Assembly (NCBI RefSeq): GCF_000014785.1
Contig: NC_008340.1
Coordinates: 330,001-362,000, forward strand
Source of the DNA: Alkalilimnicola ehrlichii MLHE-1
GTDB lineage: Bacteria; Pseudomonadota; Gammaproteobacteria; Nitrococcales; Halorhodospiraceae
Length of the DNA: 32,000 nucleotides
Direction: 5' to 3'
Under the pieces are notes generated by a model. That model was not told the DNA's origin and made no database searches. It saw only the letters and a program-made list of their open reading frames with translations. Below are positions 1 through 8,779 of the stretch, in pieces. Every line of letters begins with the position of its first letter. The stretch's first letter is position 1. A program made the translations under genes and the position numbers.

Positions 1-1235
1 AGCAGCTCAATGACGGCGAGGTGCCGATCTACGAGCCGGGCCTGGAGGACATGCTCGCCTGCAACATGGATGAGGGCCGGCTGCGCTTCACCACGGACGC
101 CGCCGAGGGCGTGGCTCACGGTCAGTTCCAGTTCATCGCCGTGGGCACGCCCCCGGACGAGGACGGGTCGGCGGATCTCAGCCACGTACTGGCAGTGGCC
201 CGCACCATCGGCGAGCACATCGACGACTACCGGGTGGTGGTGGACAAGTCCACGGTCCCGGTGGGCACGGCCGACCGGGTCCATGCCGCCATCCTCGAGG
301 CAATGGAGGCGCGCGGCGTGGATGTGGCCTTCGATGTGGTTTCCAACCCGGAGTTCCTCAAGGAGGGGGCCGCCATTGAGGACTTCATGAAGCCGGATCG
401 CATCATCGTCGGGGCCGAGAACCCGGCGGCGGTTGCCCTGATGCGGGACCTCTACGCCCCGTTCAACCGCAACCACGACCGGCTGATCTTCATGGACGTG
501 CGCTCGGCGGAGCTGACCAAATATGCCTCCAACGCCATGCTGGCCACCAAGATCAGCTTCATGAACGAGCTGTCCAACCTGGCCGAGCGTCTGGGAGCGG
601 ACATCGAGGAGGTGCGCCGGGGCATGGGCTCTGATCCGCGCATCGGTTACCACTTCATCTATCCCGGCTGTGGCTACGGCGGCTCCTGTTTCCCGAAGGA
701 CGTGCAGGCGCTGGCCCGCACCGCGCGCCAGGCGCACTACGAGCCGGAGCTGCTGGATGCGGTGGAGGCGGTGAACCACCGCCAGAAGCGCCATTTGGTG
801 CGCCGTATCCGCCACTATTTCGAGGACAACCTGGAGCGGCGCACCTTTGCCCTCTGGGGCCTGGCCTTCAAGCCCAACACCGACGATATGCGCGAGGCGC
901 CCTCGCGGGTGATCATGGAGGCGCTCTGGGATGCCGGTGCCCGGGTCCGCGCCTACGACCCCGAGGCGCAGGACGAGGCCGCCAGACTCTACCCCGATGA
1001 GGCCGGGCTGGAGCTCTGCGGCAGCCCCTATGATGCCCTGGAGGGGGCGGATGCATTGATCATCTGCACCGAGTGGCAGGTTTTCCGCAGCCCCGATTTC
1101 GACCGTATGCGGCGGCTGCTAAGCGAGCCGGTGATCTTTGACGGCCGTAATCTCTACGACCCGGAGAAGATGCTGGCCGCAGGCTTCGTCTACTATGGTA
1201 TCGGCCGGGGCGAGAGCGTCGATACGCTCATCTGA
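1..1235 (+). CDS. ugd: UDP-glucose 6-dehydrogenase, 5'-truncated by the window edge
   Basis: Frame 3 is open from base 3 ([16 protein letters not shown]...) to the stop at 1235. Family motifs include [42 protein letters not shown] and a [10 protein letters not shown] active-site Cys region. The true start lies outside the window. Confidence 0.95.
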   Translation, partial: QLNDGEVPIYEPGLEDMLACNMDEGRLRFTTDAAEGVAHGQFQFIAVGTPPDEDGSADLSHVLAVARTIGEHIDDYRVVVDKSTVPVGTADRVHAAILEAMEARGVDVAFDVVSNPEFLKEGAAIEDFMKPDRIIVGAENPAAVALMRDLYAPFNRNHDRLIFMDVRSAELTKYASNAMLATKISFMNELSNLAERLGADIEEVRRGMGSDPRIGYHFIYPGCGYGGSCFPKDVQALARTARQAHYEPELLDAVEAVNHRQKRHLVRRIRHYFEDNLERRTFALWGLAFKPNTDDMREAPSRVIMEALWDAGARVRAYDPEAQDEAARLYPDEAGLELCGSPYDALEGADALIICTEWQVFRSPDFDRMRRLLSEPVIFDGRNLYDPEKMLAAGFVYYGIGRGESVDTLI

Positions 1236-1242
1236 GGCGGGT

Positions 1243-2904
1243 ATGAGCGACAGTGCGGTACCGCGACTGACCGAGTCCGCCGCCTGGCAGGCGCTCGGGG
1301 CACGGGCCGGTGATCTGCGTGGCTGGCGGCCGCCGCTGAAGGGCACGCAGGGCGAGCAGCGTTTCCGTCGTTTCAGCCTGCAGTTGGACGGGCTGTTTTT
1401 CGACTACGCCCGCCAGCCGGTGGATGAGACCACCCGCGATCTGCTGTTGGAGCTGGCCCGCGAGCGGCGGCTTCCGGAGCGGATCCGGGCCCTGTTCGCG
1501 GGGGAGCCGGTGAATGCCACCGAGGGCCGGCCGGCGCTGCACACCCTGCTGCGCGCGCCTGAGGGGTCGGCCTTCCCGGTACACGGGGCCGATGCCCGGG
1601 CGGCGGTGCGCACCGAGCTGGCGCGCATGACCCGTTTCGTCGACCGTGTGCACCGGGGTCTGGTCCACGGCTGGGACGACCGGCCCTTCACCGATGTGGT
1701 CAACCTGGGTATCGGCGGCTCGGAGCTTGGCGCGGCGATGGCGGTCCAGGCGCTGTCGCGGTTCCATCAGCGCGAGGCGCCGCGGATGCATTTCGCCTCC
1801 GGCTCCGACGGGGTGCAGCTGGAGGATCTGATCCGGCGGCTCGACCCGGCCACCACGCTTTTCATCGTGGCCTCCAAGTCCTTCACCACCAGCGAGACCC
1901 TGCTCAATGCCCGGGCGGCCCTGCACTGGCTGGAGGCCTGCGCACCGGAGGGGGCGCACCTGGCCCGCCACTGGGTGGGGGTGTCGGCCAATGAGGAGGG
2001 GATGGCCCGTTTCGGTATCCCGGAGGAGCAGCGGTTCCGCATTTGGGACTGGGTTGGGGGGCGCTATTCCGTGGCCTCTGCCATGGGACTGCCGGTGGCG
2101 CTCGCGGTGGGCATGCGGCATTTTCAGGATTTCCTCGCCGGCATGCACGCCATGGACCGCCATTTCGAGGAGGCGCCGCTGCCGGTGAATCTGCCGGTGA
2201 TCGCCGGTCTGCTCCAGGTCTGGTCGATCAACTTCCTCGGTGCCCACACCCACTGTGTGTTGCCTTACCACCAGCGCCTGGCCCGTCTGCCCGCCTGGCT
2301 GCAGCAGTTGGAGATGGAGAGCCTGGGCAAGCGGGTGGACAGCGGCGGTCGGCCGGTGGACTACCACACCGGCGCTGTGGTGTTCGGCGAGACGGGCTTC
2401 CACGCCCAGCACTCCTTTGCCCAGCTGCTGTTCCAGGGCAGTTGCCCGGTGGCCGTGGATTTCCTGATCAGCCGGGAGGATGCCTCCGGTCTTGCGGTCT
2501 TTCACGGTGTCGCCCAGGCGCAGGCGTTGGGGCAGGGCCGGGCGCTGATGACCGGGCGTGATCGTGCCACTCTGGCCGGTGAGATGATCCGCGCCGGGGT
2601 GGACGAAGAGCAGCGCCAGGCCCTATTGGCGCACCGGGAGATACCCGGTGGCCGGCCCAGTAACACGCTGGTCTTCCCCCGTCTGGATCCCTACAACCTG
2701 GGGCGCCTGATCGCCTTCTACGAGCACCGCACCTTCGTGCAGGCGTCGATCTGGGATATCAATCCCTTTGATCAGTGGGGGGTGGAGCTGGGCAAGCAAC
2801 TGACCCGGGCGCTGTTGCCGGCGGTGACCGGTGAGACGGACCCGGCGGCGGATCTCGACGCGAGTTCTTGCGGCCTGATCCGTATCCTGCGCGGGGCGGA
2901 TTAA
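1243..2904 (+). CDS. pgi: Glucose-6-phosphate isomerase
   Basis: ORF with ATG at 1243 (MSDSAVPRLTESAAWQAL). PGI motifs: NLGIGGSELGAAM, FIVASKSFTTSETL, INPFDQWGVELGKQL. Starts 7 bp after the ugd stop. Confidence 0.95.
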   Translation: MSDSAVPRLTESAAWQALGARAGDLRGWRPPLKGTQGEQRFRRFSLQLDGLFFDYARQPVDETTRDLLLELARERRLPERIRALFAGEPVNATEGRPALHTLLRAPEGSAFPVHGADARAAVRTELARMTRFVDRVHRGLVHGWDDRPFTDVVNLGIGGSELGAAMAVQALSRFHQREAPRMHFASGSDGVQLEDLIRRLDPATTLFIVASKSFTTSETLLNARAALHWLEACAPEGAHLARHWVGVSANEEGMARFGIPEEQRFRIWDWVGGRYSVASAMGLPVALAVGMRHFQDFLAGMHAMDRHFEEAPLPVNLPVIAGLLQVWSINFLGAHTHCVLPYHQRLARLPAWLQQLEMESLGKRVDSGGRPVDYHTGAVVFGETGFHAQHSFAQLLFQGSCPVAVDFLISREDASGLAVFHGVAQAQALGQGRALMTGRDRATLAGEMIRAGVDEEQRQALLAHREIPGGRPSNTLVFPRLDPYNLGRLIAFYEHRTFVQASIWDINPFDQWGVELGKQLTRALLPAVTGETDPAADLDASSCGLIRILRGAD

Positions 2905-3773
2905 ACCGGGTCGGCCAGTCCCCGTCGTCCGGCGTAGTCGCGGGCGAACTGCCAGGCCACCCGGCCGCTGCGTGAGCCCCGTCCCAGGGCGTAGCGCAGT
3001 GCCTCGGCGCGGATCTGCTCCGGGTCGTCCGCGGTCGCTCCCAGCCGTTTCAGCCAGCTGAAGACGATCTCCAGGTAGGCCTCCTGATCGAAGGGGTAGA
3101 AGGAGAGCCAGAGACCGAAGCGCTCGGAGAGTGAGATTTTTTCTTCCACCGCCTCGCCGTGGTGGATCTCTCCGTCCACCAGGCGGGTCTGTTCGTTCTC
3201 GCTGTGGTATTCCGGAAGCAGGTGCCGGCGGTTGGAGGTGGCGTAGATCAGTACGTTCTCCGGTGCCACGCTGATGGAGCCGTCCAGGGCGGCCTTGAGG
3301 GCCTTGTAGCCGGGGTCGTCGGCCTCGAAGGAGAGGTCGTCGCAGAAGAGGATGAAGCGTTCGGGGCGGTCGGCCAGTTGTTCCAGCAGCAGGGGCAGGT
3401 CGGGCAGGTGGTAGCGGTCCAGTTCCACCAGCCGCAGGCCCTGGTCGGCGTAGCGGGTGAGCAGGGCCTTGACCAGAGAGGACTTGCCGGTGCCGCGGGA
3501 GCCCCAGAGCAGGGCGTTGTTGGCGGGCAATTGCCGGAGGAATTGGCGGGTGTTGCGATCGAGGGCGGTCCGCTGGCGGTCGATCCCCTTGAGCGCCTCC
3601 GGCGCGATGCGGTGGGGGTGGCGCACCGGCACTAGGCCGGCACGGTGGCCTTCGCGACTCCAGCGCAGGGCGCTCACCTGGTCCCAGGGGATGTCGGGTT
3701 GCGCCGGCAGCAGGGGTTCGAGGCGGTCGAGCAGTTGTTCCGCGCGATCCAGGAATTGCTTGAGTCGGTCCAT
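2901..3773 (-). CDS. AAA ATPase of the DUF815 type
   Basis: Encodes MDRLKQFLDRAEQLLDRL... with Walker A GSRGTGKSSLVKALL and Walker B-like FILFCDDLSFE, plus YATSNRRHLLPE. The start at 3773 is supported by GGGAGGA on the minus strand about 9 nt upstream. The provided ORF extends further upstream only through a repeat tract. Confidence 0.85.
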   Translation of the reverse strand: MDRLKQFLDRAEQLLDRLEPLLPAQPDIPWDQVSALRWSREGHRAGLVPVRHPHRIAPEALKGIDRQRTALDRNTRQFLRQLPANNALLWGSRGTGKSSLVKALLTRYADQGLRLVELDRYHLPDLPLLLEQLADRPERFILFCDDLSFEADDPGYKALKAALDGSISVAPENVLIYATSNRRHLLPEYHSENEQTRLVDGEIHHGEAVEEKISLSERFGLWLSFYPFDQEAYLEIVFSWLKRLGATADDPEQIRAEALRYALGRGSRSGRVAWQFARDYAGRRGLADPV

Positions 3774-3826
3774 GGTGTGCTGTCCTCCCGCGGCGGGTGT
3801 GTGGGAAGTTTGCCACAATTTCCGTG

Positions 3827-3886
3827 GTTGGCAGGTTGGCAGGTTGGCAGGTTGGCAGGTTGGCAGGTTGGCAGGTTGGCAGGTTG
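3827..3886. repeat. Short tandem repeat, 8-bp unit GCAGGTTG, about 7.5 perfect copies
   Basis: Direct reading: GTTG followed by seven uninterrupted GCAGGTTG units (3831-3886). Confidence 0.97.
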
Positions 3887-3983
3887 GGTAGAAGGGGTGT
3901 AGGGCAAAGGGGAGGACCGCAACATCGGGGAGGATCCGGTGGCTCGCCCCGGCCGTCACCGCCGCGGCTGCCCCGCCGCCCCC

Positions 3984-5030
3984 GTCACTGCGAGGAGGCG
4001 AAGCCGACGCGGCAGTCTACCGCCCTGGATCGCCACGGGCCTGCGGCCCTCGCGATGACGGGGGGCGCCGTCGCCCCCGTCACTGCGAGGAGGCGAAGCC
4101 GACGTGGCAGTCCACCGCTCTGGATCGCCACGGGCCTTCGGCCCTCGCGATGACGGGGGGGCGCCGTCGCCCCCGTCACTGCGAGGAGGCGAAGCCGACG
4201 TGGCAGTCTACCGCCCTGGATCGCCACGGGCCTTCGGCCCTCGCGATGACGGGGGGGCGTCGTCGCCCCCGTCACTGCGAGGAGGCGAAGCCGACGTGGC
4301 AGTCTACCGCCCTGGATCGCCACGGGCCTTCGGCCCTCGCGATGACGGGGGGGCGTCGTCGCCCCCGTCACTGCGAGGAGGCGAAGCCGACGCGGCAGTC
4401 TACCGCCCTGGATCGCCACGGGCCTTCGGCCCTCGCGATGACGGTGGGGGCGCCGCCGCCCCCGTCACTGCGAGGAGGCGAAGCCGACGCGGCAGTCTAC
4501 CGCCCTGGATCGCCACGGGCCTTCGGCCCTCGCGATGACGGTGGGGGCGCCGCCGCCCCCGTCACTGCGAGGAGGCGAAGCCGACGCGGCAGTCTACCGC
4601 CCTGGATCGCCACGGGCCGTCGGCCCTCGCGATGACGGTGGGGGCGCCGCCGCCCCCGTCACTGCGAGGAGGCGAAGCCGACGCGGCAGTCTACCGCCCT
4701 GGATCGCCACGGGCCGTCGGCCCTCGCGATGACGGTGGGGGCGCCGCCGCCCCCGTCACTGCGAGGAGGCGAAGCCGACGCGGCAGTCCACCGCCCTGGA
4801 TCGCCACGGGCCTTCGGCCCTCGCGATGACGGGGGGGCGCCGTCGCCCCCGTCACTGCGAGGAGGCGAAGCCGACGTGGCAGTCCACCGCTCTGGATCGC
4901 CACGGGCCTTCGGCCCTCGCGATGACGGTGGGGGCGCCGTCGCCCCCGTCACTGCGAGGAGGCGAAGCCGACGCGGCAGTCTACCGCCCTGGATCGCCAC
5001 GGGCCTTCGGCCCTCGCGATGACGGTGGGG
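3984..5030. repeat. Tandem array of 11 copies of a ~96-bp, internally palindromic GC-rich unit
   Basis: GTCACTGCGAGGAGGCGAAGCC begins at 3984, 4079, 4175, 4271, 4367, 4464, 4561, 4658, 4755, 4851 and 4948 (spacings 95-97 bp). Each unit ends with CACGGGCC(T/G)TCGGCCCTCGCGATGACG or a close variant, which is roughly the reverse complement of the unit's start. Confidence 0.97.
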
Positions 5031-5095
5031 AAGGCCTTCGGCCCTCGCCATGATGGGGGCGGGAAGGCATTTGACCCTCGTCATGACGGTGGGGC
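5031..5095. repeat. Degenerate partial repeats of the right arm of the 96-bp unit
   Basis: AAGGCCTTCGGCCCTCGCCATGATGGGGG and TTTGACCCTCGTCATGACGGTGGGG resemble GGGCCTTCGGCCCTCGCGATGACGGTGGGG of the full units. Confidence 0.7.
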
Positions 5096-5184
5096 AAGGG
5101 GCCCCTCCCGTTGATCACGTGGGAGGGCCATGACAGCCGGTGGCCGCCGTGTTGAAATGGGTGTGGTCACGAGGAGCATCGCGA

Positions 5185-5898
5185 ATGAGTCGATATCACC
5201 CGGAAGAGCCGCGCCCCTGCGGGGCCTTTGTCACCGGTACCGATACCGGTATCGGTAAGACGGTGGTCGCCTGCGGGCTGGTGCGGGCGGCGCTGGACCG
5301 GGGGTTGGAGACGGTGGCGCTGAAGCCGGTCTCGGCGGGCTGTGAGGAGACGCCTGAGGGGCTGCGCAACGAAGACGCCGAGCTGCTTCGACGGCTGTTC
5401 GATCCGCCACTGCCCTACGACAAGGTCAACCCGGTGGCGTTGCGGGCCGCGGCGGCGCCCCACCTGGCGGCGGCGGAGGAGGGCATTCATATCCCGGTGG
5501 CGAATCTCGCCGCCCAGGCCCGTGCCTTTGCCCAGGCCTCGGACTTCGTGGTGGTGGAGGGCGCCGGGGGGTGGCGGGTGCCTCTGGATGACCACCACAC
5601 CATGGCTGATCTCGCCCTCGCCATGGATGTGCCGGTGGTGCTGGTGGTCGGTATCCGGCTCGGTTGCCTGAACCACGCGCTGCTGACCGCCGAGGCGGTG
5701 CGCCGCGACGGCCTGCCCCTGGCGGGTTGGGTGGCCAACCGCGTGGACCCGGACGATGGGCGCAGCGATGCCCAGGTGGGGGCGCTGCGCCAGCGGCTGC
5801 AGGCCCCCCTGCTGGGCGACCTGCCCTGGATGGACCGGTGGGACCCGTCGGCGGTGGCCGCCCGCCTGGACATCGAGCCCCTCCTCTCTGCCCTCTGA
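5185..5898 (+). CDS. bioD: Dethiobiotin synthetase
   Basis: MSRYHPEEPRPCGAFVTGTDTGIGKTVVACGLVRAAL; P-loop GTDTGIGKT, KPVSAGC, EGAGGWRVPL and GWVANRVDP motifs. Confidence 0.92.
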   Translation: MSRYHPEEPRPCGAFVTGTDTGIGKTVVACGLVRAALDRGLETVALKPVSAGCEETPEGLRNEDAELLRRLFDPPLPYDKVNPVALRAAAAPHLAAAEEGIHIPVANLAAQARAFAQASDFVVVEGAGGWRVPLDDHHTMADLALAMDVPVVLVVGIRLGCLNHALLTAEAVRRDGLPLAGWVANRVDPDDGRSDAQVGALRQRLQAPLLGDLPWMDRWDPSAVAARLDIEPLLSAL

Positions 5899-6104
5899 TC
5901 CCACCCCCAAGGCGTGGCCCACAAAGGGAAACCGCGTCTTATCTTTGCCCTTTACTCCGCACATTCCTGGGCTATGCTTCAGGAAAATGCCTGACATGAG
6001 GGTCGGGTATTGTCGTACGGTCAACGGAACCGTGTCGCCACCGGCTGCCAAACCACATCAATCATAAGGCCGGTAGGGCAACAACACCCGGAGGGGGTCG
6101 GAGG

Positions 6105-7040
6105 ATGAAAGCAGCTCTCTTGCTGTGCGGTGTCGGGCTGAGTGCCTTCAGTTCGGCCGCGTTGGGCGGTTTTTCTGCACTCAATATGCCGCGCGGGCCC
6201 ACAGCCCTCAGCCAGGATGTCTACGACCTGCACATGCTGGTGTTCTGGATCTGTGTGGCGATCGGGGTGGTGGTCTTCGGGGCGATCTTCTATTCGATCC
6301 TCACCCACCGGAAGTCGCGCGGGGTCAAACCGTCCCAGTTCTCGCACAGCACCCGGCTCGAGGTGGTCTGGACCATCATCCCCTTCGTCATCCTCATCGT
6401 CATGGCAGTGCCCGCCACCAAGACGCTGCTGGACATGGAGGATGTCTCCGACTACGACCTGACCGTCAAGGTCACCGGATACCAATGGCTCTGGCACTAC
6501 GAGTACATGGACGGTGATGCCGAGGGCACGGCCTTCTACAGCAGCATGGATCGCGACACGCGGCTGGCGCGTATCCGCGCCAACGGCCTCTCCCCCGCGG
6601 ATGTGGACAATTACCTGCTGGAGGTGGACAACCCGCTGGTGCTGCCGGTCGGCAAGCGGGTGCGCTTCCTGCTGACCTCCAACGACGTGATTCACTCCTG
6701 GTGGGTGCCGGAGTTCGGTTGGAAGAAGGACACCATCCCCGGCTTTGTCAACGAGGCCTGGGTGCAGGTGGACGAACCGGGTACCTACCGCGGCCAGTGT
6801 GCCGAGCTCTGCGGCCGCGACCACGCCTTCATGCCCATCGTGGTGGTGGTGAAGGAGGAGGAGGACTACCTGGCCTGGGTGGACGAGCAGGTCAACGGCG
6901 CCGGCGGGGAGCAGCTGGCGGCCCCCGGGCTGCCGGAGGTGCCGCGGCTGGGTGAGGCCACCGTGATGGGCCTGCTGGCCAATCTGAACGATGACATGCC
7001 CAGGGCGACCGTGCCCGAGGCTCGCGGGGGGGAGCGCTAA
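6105..7040 (+). CDS. coxB: Cytochrome c oxidase subunit II
   Basis: Two N-terminal TM segments, SHSTRLEVVWTIIPF, QWLWHYEY, and a CuA site GQCAELCGRDHAFMPIVV. Confidence 0.95.
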   Translation: MKAALLLCGVGLSAFSSAALGGFSALNMPRGPTALSQDVYDLHMLVFWICVAIGVVVFGAIFYSILTHRKSRGVKPSQFSHSTRLEVVWTIIPFVILIVMAVPATKTLLDMEDVSDYDLTVKVTGYQWLWHYEYMDGDAEGTAFYSSMDRDTRLARIRANGLSPADVDNYLLEVDNPLVLPVGKRVRFLLTSNDVIHSWWVPEFGWKKDTIPGFVNEAWVQVDEPGTYRGQCAELCGRDHAFMPIVVVVKEEEDYLAWVDEQVNGAGGEQLAAPGLPEVPRLGEATVMGLLANLNDDMPRATVPEARGGER

Positions 7041-8621
7041 ATGAGTATCACGGTCTCCGAACTGGACTACGACAACCACAAGCCCCAGGGGTTTCTTGAC
7101 CGCTGGGTCCTGACCACCAGTCACAAGGACATCGGCACCCTCTACCTGGTCTTCTCTCTGACCATGTTCTTTGTCGGTGGGGCCATGGCCATGGTCATCC
7201 GCGCCGAGCTGTTTCAGCCCGGCCTGAGCCTGGTGGACCCGCACTTTTTCAACCAGATGACCACCATGCACGCCCTGGTGATGATCTTCGGGGCGGTCAT
7301 GCCGGCCTTCGTGGGCTTGGCCAACTGGTTGATCCCGATGCAGATCGGGGCGCCGGACATGGCGCTGCCGCGGATGAACAACTGGAGCTTCTGGCTGCTG
7401 CCGTTCGCCTTCCTGATGTTGCTGGCAACCCTGATCATGCCCGGCGGCGGCCCCGCTTCGGGGTGGACGCTCTACCCGCCCTTATCGCTGCAGACGGGCA
7501 TGGCCCTGCCCTTCCTGATCTTCGCCATCCACGTGGCCGGGCTGTCCTCCATCATGGGCGCCATAAACATCATCGTCACCATCCTCAACCTGCGGGCGCC
7601 GGGGATGACGCTGATGAAGATGCCCCTGTTCGTCTGGACTTGGCTGATCACCGCCTTCCTGCTGATCGCGGTGATGCCGGTGCTGGCCGGTGCGGTGACC
7701 ATGCTGCTCACCGACGCCTACTTCGGCACCAGCTTCTTCTCGGCCGCCGGCGGCGGTGACCCGGTAATGTACCAGCACATCTTCTGGTTCTTCGGGCACC
7801 CCGAGGTCTACATCATGATCCTGCCGGCCTTCGGCATCGTTTCGGCGATCATCCCGGCCTTCGCCCGCAAGCCGCTGTTCGGCTATGCCTCCATGGTCTA
7901 CGCGACCGCCGCCATCGCCTTCCTGTCGTTCATCGTCTGGGCGCACCACATGTTCACGGTGGGAATGCCCACGGCCGGTGTGCTGTTCTTCATGTACGCC
8001 ACCATGCTGATCGCGGTGCCCACCGGGGTGAAGGTGTTCAACTGGGTGGCCACCATGTGGCGGGGCGCCATGACCTTCGAGACCCCCATGCTGTTCAGCA
8101 TCGCCTTCGTGGTGCTGTTCACCATCGGCGGGCTCTCCGGGATCATGCTGGCCATCGCCCCGGCGGACTTCCAGTACCACGATACCTACTTTGTGGTGGC
8201 GCACTTCCACTACGTGCTGGTCACCGGCTCGGTGTTTGCCATCTTCGCCGCCGTCTACTACTGGATTCCCAAGTGGACGGGGGTGATGTACGACGAGTTC
8301 CTGGGCAAGGTGCACTTCTGGCTGTCGGTGGTCTCGGTGAACGTGCTCTTCTTCCCGCAGCACTTCCTGGGGCTGGCCGGCATGCCGCGGCGCACCGCCG
8401 ATTACGCCCTGCAGTTCGCCGAGTGGAACATGATCTCCTCCATCGGGGGCTTCGCCTTCGGCGTCAGCCAACTGCTGTTCCTGTATATCGTCATCAAGTG
8501 CATGCGCGGCCAGGGTGAGCCGGCCCCGGCCCGCTCCTGGGAAGGGGCCGAGGGGCTGGAGTGGGAGCTGCCCTCGCCGGCCCCGCACCACACGTTCTCC
8601 AAGCCGCCGGTGATCAAATGA
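7041..8621 (+). CDS. coxA: Cytochrome c oxidase subunit I
   Basis: Heme-copper oxidase motifs: HKDIGTLYLVF, FWFFGHPEVYIMILPAFG, WAHHMFTVGMP, YHDTYFVVAHFHYVLVTG. Directly abuts the coxB stop. Confidence 0.97.
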   Translation: MSITVSELDYDNHKPQGFLDRWVLTTSHKDIGTLYLVFSLTMFFVGGAMAMVIRAELFQPGLSLVDPHFFNQMTTMHALVMIFGAVMPAFVGLANWLIPMQIGAPDMALPRMNNWSFWLLPFAFLMLLATLIMPGGGPASGWTLYPPLSLQTGMALPFLIFAIHVAGLSSIMGAINIIVTILNLRAPGMTLMKMPLFVWTWLITAFLLIAVMPVLAGAVTMLLTDAYFGTSFFSAAGGGDPVMYQHIFWFFGHPEVYIMILPAFGIVSAIIPAFARKPLFGYASMVYATAAIAFLSFIVWAHHMFTVGMPTAGVLFFMYATMLIAVPTGVKVFNWVATMWRGAMTFETPMLFSIAFVVLFTIGGLSGIMLAIAPADFQYHDTYFVVAHFHYVLVTGSVFAIFAAVYYWIPKWTGVMYDEFLGKVHFWLSVVSVNVLFFPQHFLGLAGMPRRTADYALQFAEWNMISSIGGFAFGVSQLLFLYIVIKCMRGQGEPAPARSWEGAEGLEWELPSPAPHHTFSKPPVIK

Positions 8622-8779
8622 ACCACGGCCTGGACACCCATGCGGGAGGGCGCGTGAACCAGCAACGTCGGCGGATGGACAGGGCCACCCGCCGCCGGGT
8701 CTTCATCTCGGTGGCGATCCTGGCGGCGGTGGCCTTCGGACTCTACCTGTATACGGTTATCAGCCATGTACGTGCGTGA
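8618..8779 (+). CDS. Small single-TM protein in the cox operon (53 aa), function unknown
   Basis: ATG at 8618 overlaps the coxA stop by 4 bp: MNHGLDTHAGGRVNQQRRRMDRATRRRVFISVAILAAVAFGLYLYTVISHVRA. A basic N-terminus is followed by one TM helix. Its end overlaps the ctaG start. Confidence 0.7.
   Translation: MNHGLDTHAGGRVNQQRRRMDRATRRRVFISVAILAAVAFGLYLYTVISHVRA

Noticed and set aside
1228-2505. Long antisense ORF (425 aa) opposite pgi
   Set aside because: Shadow ORF of a GC-rich coding strand; low-complexity His/Arg/Gly-rich translation, and pgi is unambiguous.
3774-3959. N-terminal extension of the DUF815 ATPase through the 8-bp repeat
   Set aside because: A good SD (GGGAGGA) precedes the ATG at 3773, and the extension is repeat-derived. 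It is kept only as a possibility in the microsatellite finding.
3984-5030. Possible CRISPR array because of regular ~96-bp spacing
   Set aside because: The entire unit repeats, including the part that would be spacer. No unique spacers exist and no cas genes are nearby.
3985-5084. Many overlapping repeat-encoded ORFs on both strands (e.g. MTVGAPPPPSLRGGEADAAVYRPGSPRAFG...)
   Set aside because: They arise from repeat units whose length switches between 95, 96 and 97 bp, so frames do not stay in register. They have no convincing RBS and similar ORFs appear on both strands.
6021-8591. Long antisense ORFs opposite coxB and coxA (416 and 369 aa)
   Set aside because: Same GC-skewed shadow effect; no recognisable domains.
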